Shown here: piece by piece, positions 40,264-48,143 of the stretch
Layout: each line of letters opens with the position of its first letter
How positions within the stretch are numbered: position 1 is the stretch's first letter
Source of the DNA: Oceanispirochaeta sp.
GTDB taxonomy: Bacteria > Spirochaetota > Spirochaetia > DSM-2461
DNA: 64,000 bases
Reading direction: 5' to 3'
NCBI GenBank assembly: GCA_963666275.2
Contig: CAXXOA010000001.1
Coordinates: 2,144,001-2,208,000, forward strand
Translations under genes and position numbers: made by a program
Notes under the pieces: generated by a model
Databases searched by the model: none
Told to the model about the DNA's origin: nothing
Seen by the model: only the letters and a program-made list of their open reading frames with translations

Positions 40264-41472
40264 TTACTGTATATCCGTTGGATCAACGTAATAACGATTA
40301 TACCGATTCAAAACATCTGCATCTGGAGTGTCTACAATAGAGGCATTATCTCTATCCACATAACGCACTTCCATATGAAGATGTGGTCCAGTACATGCCG
40401 TTCCTGTATCTCCCGCATTGGCAAGATGATCCCCAACTTTAACAGGATCTTTATCTTTAACTTTTATTGAACCTTTCTGAAGATGAAATAGATTAAACTC
40501 ACCCCCATCCTCCAAAGTAATTCTTATAAAATAACCCAATTTCTTATTATGTTTAGCCTCTTTCACAACCCCTTCCACAGGCGAATACACAGGCTGCCCA
40601 ATCGTCTTATTCTGATTATTTTCTCTCCAAACCCAATCCTCACCAGCATGGGGATACGAAGCATCATAAGGATCTGTTTCTGCCAAGAACCCACCGCCTT
40701 CAACGCGCTTCCACCCCGGTTCAAACTGCTTGTAATACTCCGCAACCTCATCAGGCAGTTTTATCCGCCTCACTTCATTTTTCGCCAAATTCTCCCTCAA
40801 ATCCCAATACCACCTATCCATATCGTGGATATTATCCGGATTCTTTGTTCTGAATCTCATACCGGCTTCCGTCATCAATCCTATAACATACTCATCCGTC
40901 AATTCAGCCCCATCCATAGCTCTTTCCAGAATTTCTGTCAGACCTCCCTGAATGGCATCTTTTCCGATTGTTTTCGTTCCATTATAGGATGACATAATCT
41001 CTCCATAAGAGTTCCGCAAATGACCGCCTCCATGAAACTCCAAATAGCCATCATCCGTTAAGAACCAATAGTTATTACCGTTTTCATTATTCGGTAGGAT
41101 ATTCTTCTCGTCAACATCAATAGCCAAATTCAGAAGAAAATTAACTTTGGGGTCAATTGTTTGCTGATAATGGGGACCAAGCTCCTCACGCACGATAGCG
41201 TCTGTGGGCTGAGGTATATCAAGCCCCAAAAGAGACATCCATTTTTTGGATAAATTGAGAACAGTCCGCAGTTGATTATAATCATAAGATTCGGATTCAT
41301 GTATAAAAGCGTTCAATCCGGTCCTGTCAAAATTGGAGGCAATAATCTTTATTTCATTTAACACAGTCTCTTTAAACTTTCCGGGCCTATTCCCATTTAG
41401 GACATCATGAAGAGTAGAAACAGCATTCACCATCATTATTTGAATATCTAATCTCGAATATCCGTCAACCAT
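40264..41472 (-). CDS. Putative CIS effector 3: shared N-terminal domain + C-terminal M23 peptidase
   Basis: HAGED (HxxxD), VYSPVEGVV, FHL and GDTG..TGPHLHMEVR (HxH). The N-terminus resembles those of 43948-44751 and 46543-47313. Confidence 0.85.
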   Translation of the reverse strand: MVDGYSRLDIQIMMVNAVSTLHDVLNGNRPGKFKETVLNEIKIIASNFDRTGLNAFIHESESYDYNQLRTVLNLSKKWMSLLGLDIPQPTDAIVREELGPHYQQTIDPKVNFLLNLAIDVDEKNILPNNENGNNYWFLTDDGYLEFHGGGHLRNSYGEIMSSYNGTKTIGKDAIQGGLTEILERAMDGAELTDEYVIGLMTEAGMRFRTKNPDNIHDMDRWYWDLRENLAKNEVRRIKLPDEVAEYYKQFEPGWKRVEGGGFLAETDPYDASYPHAGEDWVWRENNQNKTIGQPVYSPVEGVVKEAKHNKKLGYFIRITLEDGGEFNLFHLQKGSIKVKDKDPVKVGDHLANAGDTGTACTGPHLHMEVRYVDRDNASIVDTPDADVLNRYNRYYVDPTDIQ

Positions 41473-41483
41473 AATCAGTCTCC

Positions 41484-42305
41484 TTATATCCCAAATATCT
41501 TTGTAATATGCTGGGCGACTTGGATCTTCTCATCTTCCGTTCCGTACATCATTTCTTCTTTAAAGTGATCCACAAGTTTCTCTTTGACTTCTACCAAGCA
41601 CTCCCGATACTCTTCCGTAGTCATTTCAATAACCTTACCTGACGGGCTTAAATACCGGTACATTTCAATAGGTTCGGATTCTGTAAAATCTTCCAGATCT
41701 TTATCCGACGCATCCTGTTCTGCAATCAGTTCTTTATTCTTGAAGACAAGATCATCCTGTTTCCATATCTCAAATAAGTCGCTATCTTCCGGATTATGTC
41801 CTGTCTGTCCTTCCAGTTTATAGGCTTCTTTTTCCGCTCCCGACACATCTTCCCGATAGGTCAGCCGCTGTCCTTTTTGGTTCTGCCTGACATGCTCTAC
41901 CTCATGCAGCAGGAGGGCTTCTCCTTCTTCTGTATGAGGGGCATAACTACCTGAGGAAAAATAGATATCCTTTCCGAAAGTCAGAGCATCCGCTCCAGCT
42001 TTGTGGGTGATTTCTTCCGCATAGGGGCCCGTGTGGATTTTCACTTCGGAAAGGTCTTTTCCATAAGTCAATAAAAAGAGGTTGATTAAAGCTGTATCCG
42101 GCGCAAAAATATGGTCATAAACCTCTTTTTTGGCTTCATATGAAGTGATCAGGCCATCTGGTTTAAACTCTTGATCCGGGTTCTGCATTCTGGAGTTATT
42201 GTTACCTGTCTTCTCTATTACATTAAGATAAGCCCCATTTGCCAATTCAAATAGATTCGTGAATTTATTATGCCAGGAAATTGTTACTTCTTGATTACCA
42301 CTCAA
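41484..42305 (-). CDS. DUF4157 (eCIS core domain) protein, paralogue 3
   Basis: DLSEVKIHTG...GADALTFGKDIYF..G.YAP.T.EG..LLLHEVEHVRQ; the TTG start overlaps the stop of the repeat-copy ORF. Confidence 0.88.
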   Translation of the reverse strand: MSGNQEVTISWHNKFTNLFELANGAYLNVIEKTGNNNSRMQNPDQEFKPDGLITSYEAKKEVYDHIFAPDTALINLFLLTYGKDLSEVKIHTGPYAEEITHKAGADALTFGKDIYFSSGSYAPHTEEGEALLLHEVEHVRQNQKGQRLTYREDVSGAEKEAYKLEGQTGHNPEDSDLFEIWKQDDLVFKNKELIAEQDASDKDLEDFTESEPIEMYRYLSPSGKVIEMTTEEYRECLVEVKEKLVDHFKEEMMYGTEDEKIQVAQHITKIFGI

Positions 42306-42380
42306 CTTTCTACCCTCTTGATATCTTCAACAATATTATGAACATCAATAGCAGTATATTTTTTTCTTTGGCTTACACTT

Positions 42381-42750
42381 CCCCCGGCATGCCCCACCGA
42401 ATGACTCTGCGTCTTGGCCAGCATCCTCTGCTCTCCATACTCACCCTGCCCCAAGGCCTGCTTATCCGCCTCATAGTTCGCATTAATCCGGTCCATCCGA
42501 TCCATCTGCCCCGGCATCTCCTGCCTGCCGAACTGAGGCGGCATAAAGCCCTGCCCTCCGGCAGGCTGCCCCATAAAAGGAGACGATCCGGAAGCAGCCC
42601 CCCGGCTCATTCCACCCGGATGGGACAAGGTCTCAGGGTTCCAGACAGAACCAGCCTCATTCTGCCTGACGGCTTTTACCCCAGCCGGTTTCCCATTGCT
42701 AAATGGAATCGTATTCCCTTGTCCTGAGAGTCCGGGAGTGTTTGGCTGTC
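42381..42750 (-). repeat. Copy 3 of the tape-measure 3' region (inside ORF 42302-42835, which has a variant C-terminal tail)
   Basis: Matches about 48214-48582; reading frame intact; ends ...SVGHAGGSVSQRKKYTAIDVHNIVEDIKRVES. Confidence 0.92.
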
Positions 42751-42883
42751 CCACTACCAGCTTGGGCGAAGGGGTAAAACTTTTTCGGGAAAGTGAACCT
42801 CTTTTTTTTGGCAAAATCCCCGCAAGATGTTTCAAGTATGGGGGTAATCCTCCTGTTAACCGATCATTTGAATATTTTTAATT

Positions 42884-42985
42884 GCGGGGTCGGGCTATAC
42901 GTTTCAATTCGCTTAATCGGTACGCTTTTCGGACTACCTCCGGGCCGCCCTGCGTACCTGGCTCATTTTCACTACTATCCCTTTT
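42884..42985. other. GC-rich structured element at a cassette junction
   Basis: Nested stems GGTACGC (42919-25)/GCGTACC (42952-58) and CGGA/TCCG, with flanks GGGCTATA...TATCCC, inside AT-rich DNA. Confidence 0.4.
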
Positions 42986-43013
42986 TAGTGTTAATTTTTT
43001 ATTTACCTGAAAA

Positions 43014-43178
43014 TTACTTCTGACTAAGAAAAGCTCTGATACTGGATTCAAAATCAGGTAATTCCCATTTTATCGCCATGTCTAAAGGAGTTTCTCCATT
43101 ATTATTTTCTTTCTTAGAGAAAAGATTATCCTCTACTAGATATTGGAGTATTTCATTGTTTTCATAGCCTACGGCAAA
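43014..43178 (-). pseudogene. Start-less C-terminal remnant of an ankyrin-repeat gene
   Basis: Translates FAVGYENNEILQYLVEDNLFSKKENNNGETPLDMAIKWELPDFESSIRAFLSQK*; overlaps the last codons of 43169-43951 in another frame. Confidence 0.6.
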
Positions 43179-43951
43179 CCTGCAACATATACAACATATT
43201 TTGCAGGATAGTAATTACCAGTAGACCCAACTCTAAAAAATTCGGTCCGATCATTATTGATTTTGTAAGCAGAGACAGCAACTGAATACAGTCCTTCAGC
43301 TATTATCGATTCTGTAATCATCAATTGATCACTTTCAACATTTCCCAGAATATCGTCATAATCAGTAAAACCCACAAATAGAGAATCTGGTAAACTAATG
43401 CGATTATCCTTTATCCCAATAATTGAAAAACTCTTATTGTTGTCCACTGATTTAAAAAACAAACTATAAAAGTCTACATTAGGAATATTATTAGTCCATA
43501 CAATTTCCAAGTTAGCGGAATCATTACGTTCCGTAGGATAATCAGTAAGCTCTATCTCATTATATATAAAAATAGTATTTGTCTCTATTTTATGTTTAGA
43601 AATAATAAAACTATCAAAACTTCCATATATAATTTTGGGTGAAGTAAGAGTATTTTCTGGATGTGAATATTGCCAGATTGGAAAATCTGGAGAAACATCA
43701 ATAGTTAAATCTATTATATCATTTTCATCTATTTTGACAGAAAAGCTATTGTTTTTATCCGTCTTTACATCGCACCCAGAGAATCCTTGTGAATTCTTTA
43801 CTCTGTATGAAATATGCAATGGGAAATCTTCAACATTTCCATAAGTTTCTACAGTCCCTTTGACAGTTGTGAAATTGCAACTTAGTAATATTAGAGGGAA
43901 TAATACAAATAAATATTTTTTCATATTAAAATCAAACTTGTCATTCTTCAT
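43169..43951 (-). CDS. Lipoprotein, putative immunity protein (cassette 2)
   Basis: MKKYLFVLFPLILLSC lipobox; ATGA overlap with effector 2; AT-rich. Confidence 0.7.
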   Translation of the reverse strand: MKNDKFDFNMKKYLFVLFPLILLSCNFTTVKGTVETYGNVEDFPLHISYRVKNSQGFSGCDVKTDKNNSFSVKIDENDIIDLTIDVSPDFPIWQYSHPENTLTSPKIIYGSFDSFIISKHKIETNTIFIYNEIELTDYPTERNDSANLEIVWTNNIPNVDFYSLFFKSVDNNKSFSIIGIKDNRISLPDSLFVGFTDYDDILGNVESDQLMITESIIAEGLYSVAVSAYKINNDRTEFFRVGSTGNYYPAKYVVYVAGLP

Positions 43952-44751
43952 TTTATAGACGGCGCAGCCCCAGAGATTGCGTCAACTCCTTGATATGGAA
44001 AGATAATTTTTTTCAGTTCATCTTTTGATAATATTTCAGTCAAAGCATCCGCCATTAAATCATGATCATTAAATAATAATCTTTTTGCAATTTCGCTATC
44101 TGTAATCCTAGTCCATTCAAAATCTGGTTGATTCAAAGCGGCACCTTCTCCATCCCCTGGTAAATATTGTTCAAGAGTCCAACCTGTTATAGCGGTTTTG
44201 TTTCTATTAGAATATACTGTAATTCTTAACTGCCCCCATCCACCTTCTATTGCATCGGTAATACTGTGAGCTTTTGTACCAGCTCCAGAGTCATCAATAC
44301 CAACAGGTAAGCATCCTTCAATTACCCGTGCAATGACTGGATATTCTGATTCTATTACTTCAGAAGGGAACTGGAGCCTTGTATTATTATTTGAAATATT
44401 TTGGTGCCTAACATATGGATTCCCATATGAATCATTAAAATATTGTATTAACCCTTTTGTTGGTAAATCGCGCATAGAAACATCGCAAGGATTTGATAAC
44501 TTTAAGTAATTTGATTGAGCTGGATTAATACCAATAAGATGTAACCAATACACACAAACTTTCTGAATCTCATTTAATTCATGATTTCCATATTTAGAGA
44601 ATTCTTCGAAGAAATCATTAAAATTGAAATTCTTGAGCTTACCTTTTAACTCTTTATTATTCGGGTTCTCTTCTTGCCCTCCAAAAATTTCCAAAATGGA
44701 TCTATATGTTGATTTGGCAAGGTCTTTAATCTCATTTTCTTGATTCCCCAT
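43948..44751 (-). CDS. Putative CIS effector 2: shared N-terminal domain + unrecognised C-terminal domain
   Basis: N-terminal F..E..KYG..EL..I..VC..WL..I.I.P pattern shared with effectors 1 and 3; located between a DUF4157 gene and a lipoprotein gene. Confidence 0.72.
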   Translation of the reverse strand: MGNQENEIKDLAKSTYRSILEIFGGQEENPNNKELKGKLKNFNFNDFFEEFSKYGNHELNEIQKVCVYWLHLIGINPAQSNYLKLSNPCDVSMRDLPTKGLIQYFNDSYGNPYVRHQNISNNNTRLQFPSEVIESEYPVIARVIEGCLPVGIDDSGAGTKAHSITDAIEGGWGQLRITVYSNRNKTAITGWTLEQYLPGDGEGAALNQPDFEWTRITDSEIAKRLLFNDHDLMADALTEILSKDELKKIIFPYQGVDAISGAAPSIK

Positions 44752-44802
44752 TATATCTCCTTGTAAATATCGTAGACAGTCTGTTGGTGGGATGGATAAA
44801 AC

Positions 44803-45606
44803 CTAGCTTTTAAAGATCTTCATCATTTTATTTATGACTTCAGTTTTCTCTTCATCAGAACTGTACATCATAGATGTCTGAAATTGGTCTTCAAGTTTTT
44901 CCTTTATGATCTTTAATGAGCTTTTATAGTCTTTTTCTGACAATTCATGGACTCTTCCGGATTGACTTACATAGCGATATGTCAAAGGTTCATTGTGAGA
45001 AGAGAAATCTGCCAAGTCTTTATCAATAATATCCAGTCCATTCGTCAAATCCTGATCTTTAAAGATAAGATCCTTCTGTTTTTGGAGATCAAACAGTTCT
45101 CTATTCTCAGTATCGATATCTGATAAACCTTCCTGACTATTGGCCTGTTTTTCTGCCTTATCGATATCTTCTTTATATATGTGACGATCCTGTCTACGAT
45201 GCTGCTCAACATGTTCAGCTTCATGCATCAGCAATTGTCTGCCGTATTCAGTATCCGGAGAAAAGCTTCCGGATGAAAAATATATATTCTCACCCATTGT
45301 CAATGCATCTGCACCAGCCTTGTGAGTGATCTCCTCGGCAAAAGGACCTGTATGGATTTTCACATGAGACAGATCACTTCCATAACGGATGAGAATCTCA
45401 TTTATCAAAGAGCTATCAAGCGCATGTATTCGGTCTAATCGCTCTTTTTTCATTTCATAGAGACTTATCAAACCTTCAGTTCTTAGCTCATTATCCGGAT
45501 TCTGCATTCTAGAGTTTTTGGTTGTTGCATCGCTAGATGGTAACAGATAATGCATGGTTACCAGTTCAAGAAGATTTATGAATTTTCCATAAGATTCTTG
45601 TCCCAT
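44803..45606 (-). CDS. DUF4157 (eCIS core domain) protein, paralogue 2
   Basis: DLSHVKIHTGPFAEEITHKAGADALTMGENIYF...LLMHEAEHVEQ. Confidence 0.88.
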   Translation of the reverse strand: MGQESYGKFINLLELVTMHYLLPSSDATTKNSRMQNPDNELRTEGLISLYEMKKERLDRIHALDSSLINEILIRYGSDLSHVKIHTGPFAEEITHKAGADALTMGENIYFSSGSFSPDTEYGRQLLMHEAEHVEQHRRQDRHIYKEDIDKAEKQANSQEGLSDIDTENRELFDLQKQKDLIFKDQDLTNGLDIIDKDLADFSSHNEPLTYRYVSQSGRVHELSEKDYKSSLKIIKEKLEDQFQTSMMYSSDEEKTEVINKMMKIFKS

Positions 45607-45689
45607 ATTATGACTCCCTGTTTAAATCATCCAAGACATCATAAATAAATACACTTTTAGTATTTAGTCTTCTTGATCCAGTTCCCTCA

Positions 45690-45973
45690 GCATGCCCCAC
45701 CGAATGACTCTGCGTCTTCGCCAGCATCCTCTGCTCCCCTTGCCCCAGTGCCATCTTATCCGCCTCATAATTCGCATTAATCCGGTCTATCCGGTTCATC
45801 TGCCCCGGTATCTCCTGCCTGTCGACCTGAGGCGGCACAAAACCCTGCCCAGCGGCAGGCTGCCCCATAAAAGGAGACGCCCCTGAACCAGCCCCCCGGC
45901 TCATTCCGCCCGGATGGGACAAAGTATTAGGATTCCAGACAGAACCAGCCTGATTCTGCCTGACAGCTTTTAC
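45690..45973 (-). repeat. Copy 2 of the tape-measure 3' region (covers most of ORF 45608-45922, which has a variant tail)
   Basis: Matches about 48220-48512 with an in-frame 9-nt deletion (EYG); ends ...SVGHAEGTGSRRLNTKSVFIYDVLDDLNRES. Confidence 0.92.
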
Positions 45974-46016
45974 TGAGAATCATAAAATCCATATTAGTGG
46001 AGAATTCGAAGTGTTT

Positions 46017-46553
46017 TTATTTTAGCTCTGATAGTTGATCATGAAGAGAATGCCATCTATTATCTGCCAAGTCATGCTTATCAACCCATTGTAAAGTTTT
46101 TTGAATTGAAGCAATCTTCCAAAATGGATCTGAATAATCAAGTATTAATAAATCTCCGGTAGATTTGGATAAATAATATTTTCTAGAAAAGATTAATGAT
46201 TCTTTAGAAAAGATATAATCTTCGACATTTCCTAATGTCTCAAAATTTACAGTAACAACACAGATTTCCTCTTCTATTGGTTCCATTAAATTAATATTCA
46301 TTTTCATAGTTTCAATATTGGTTATTTTAAAATGACTAGTTACGACATGAATACTGTTTTTATCTCCTGGTGGAATAGCTATATCTGGGTGATAATAATC
46401 AACAACTGTATAATAATAATCAATGCCGGCTTCAAGCCTTTTATATATATGATTAGACACAATTTTTTCAGCCTGAAATTCCTCACCACTATAAGAGAAG
46501 AAATTAGTAAAAACTAAGAAAATCAAACCAAATAGTTTACTCTTAAAATACAT
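46017..46553 (-). CDS. Exported putative immunity protein (cassette 1)
   Basis: Signal peptide MYFKSKLFGLIFLVFTNFFSYS; overlaps the effector 1 stop. Confidence 0.65.
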   Translation of the reverse strand: MYFKSKLFGLIFLVFTNFFSYSGEEFQAEKIVSNHIYKRLEAGIDYYYTVVDYYHPDIAIPPGDKNSIHVVTSHFKITNIETMKMNINLMEPIEEEICVVTVNFETLGNVEDYIFSKESLIFSRKYYLSKSTGDLLILDYSDPFWKIASIQKTLQWVDKHDLADNRWHSLHDQLSELK

Positions 46554-47313
46554 TGCTTCTCCTTCTATAATATTCTATTGAAACTTCCGTATAATCTGTT
46601 CTGTTTTTATAATATGATTCTAAGTAATCAGATGTAAATCTTACCCCATTAGGATTATCATCAGAATGTAGTAATGCTCTACGGCCGGACTCTCCTGTTA
46701 TTATAGCTGCATGACCTTGTGTTTTTCCTGTTTTTGGATTTGTAGCACGCCAGACTTTTATATCTCCTGGTTGAGGCTCATCAACTTTCTCTAAATCAGG
46801 ATTATTTCCTATTTCGCCAGTTCTGTAGATTGAAGTATCATTTGCATATGCTATAAACTCAGAACAGTCAACTTTTATTGGTTTTTCAGGGACAATCATG
46901 GAACCATTATATTCCCCATCATAACCGGTTCCATAAGGAGTTCCTAATAATTTTTCACCCCTTTTTATTGGATTAATATTATCTATATCTTCAACAGGAA
47001 TATCAAAGACTTTTTTTTGCCCAGACTCTTCTCTTAAATATTGCAACAACTCTTTATGCATATTTACAGGATCAATTCTTAATATAGCCAACCATTTTTC
47101 ACAAACTGTATAAATACTCTTCAATTCATCTTTTCCATAGGAACTTGACTCTCTGATAAAATTATTCACATTGAAATGATTGATAAATCGTCCCAATTCA
47201 TTTCTGCTTTCTTGTGGAAAACTCCCGGGCCTTTTTCCTTCAAAAACATCTTTAATCGTGAAATAAGTAAATATTGCCAATGACCGGGTATCAAACTTTG
47301 TCAGTTCACTCAT
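46543..47313 (-). CDS. Putative CIS effector 1: shared N-terminal domain + NlpC/P60 (CHAP-like) cysteine hydrolase
   Basis: LGTPY, VDCSEF, PQPGDI, GHAAII and LLHS match the papain-like NlpC/P60 Cys-His pattern. Confidence 0.8.
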   Translation of the reverse strand: MSELTKFDTRSLAIFTYFTIKDVFEGKRPGSFPQESRNELGRFINHFNVNNFIRESSSYGKDELKSIYTVCEKWLAILRIDPVNMHKELLQYLREESGQKKVFDIPVEDIDNINPIKRGEKLLGTPYGTGYDGEYNGSMIVPEKPIKVDCSEFIAYANDTSIYRTGEIGNNPDLEKVDEPQPGDIKVWRATNPKTGKTQGHAAIITGESGRRALLHSDDNPNGVRFTSDYLESYYKNRTDYTEVSIEYYRRRSNVF

Positions 47314-48143
47314 TACAGGATTCTCCCATCAAATAACTTAACCAGATTATTTATAGTAGCGTTTCGTTGATCCTCACCACTGTATCGTATCTCATCTTCA
47401 AACTTTTCTTTCAGCCTGGAAAGAATCTCTTTCAAACAACTCTGATACTCTTCTTTCGTCAATTCATGAGTACGACCGGATAAACTATTATACCGATATA
47501 TTACAGGATCATTACTGGTCGTATACATTTCAAGATCCTGCTCTACCGCATCAAGTCCATCATTAAGATCCGTATTCTTAAATATCAAATCATTCTGTTT
47601 GAATCGTTCAAAAAGATCTATATCATCGAAATGACTGCCACTCAGACCCTCCTGATTGAGAGCCTCCAGCTCCGATTTTTCAAAATCTTCCCGGAATGTT
47701 AAGTTTTGGCCCTTTCGGAATTGATTTACATGCTCTAATTCATGCAGAAGCAGTTCTTTTCCCTTTTCCGTTTGAGGAGCAAAACTACCTGATGAGAAAT
47801 AGATATCATTCCCCATAGTTAAAGCCTCTGCACCTGTTTTATGTGTAATCTCTTCAGCATAAGGTCCAGTATGAATTTTCACATTTTCCAAGTCTAACCC
47901 ATATAAAAGATAAATGTTATTTATTAAAGAGACATCCAATGCGAAGACACGATCCAACCTATGTTTTTCCTGGACCTTTGCAGTGACCAAATTCTCAGTT
48001 CTTAATTCACGATTAGGATCAGGCATTTTAGGATGAAAACTTAATGCTTGTTCTGAAACACCGATATATGATCCGATAGCAAGTTCTACAGATGTAAGAA
48101 ACAGATTAAGACTGGAAAAAATTACTTCCCGTTGACCTCCCAT
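47313..48143 (-). CDS. DUF4157 (eCIS core domain) protein, paralogue 1
   Basis: DLENVKIHTGPYAEEITHKTGAEALTMGNDIYF...LLLHELEHVNQ; the ATG abuts the TAA of the large upstream gene. Confidence 0.88.
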   Translation of the reverse strand: MGGQREVIFSSLNLFLTSVELAIGSYIGVSEQALSFHPKMPDPNRELRTENLVTAKVQEKHRLDRVFALDVSLINNIYLLYGLDLENVKIHTGPYAEEITHKTGAEALTMGNDIYFSSGSFAPQTEKGKELLLHELEHVNQFRKGQNLTFREDFEKSELEALNQEGLSGSHFDDIDLFERFKQNDLIFKNTDLNDGLDAVEQDLEMYTTSNDPVIYRYNSLSGRTHELTKEEYQSCLKEILSRLKEKFEDEIRYSGEDQRNATINNLVKLFDGRIL

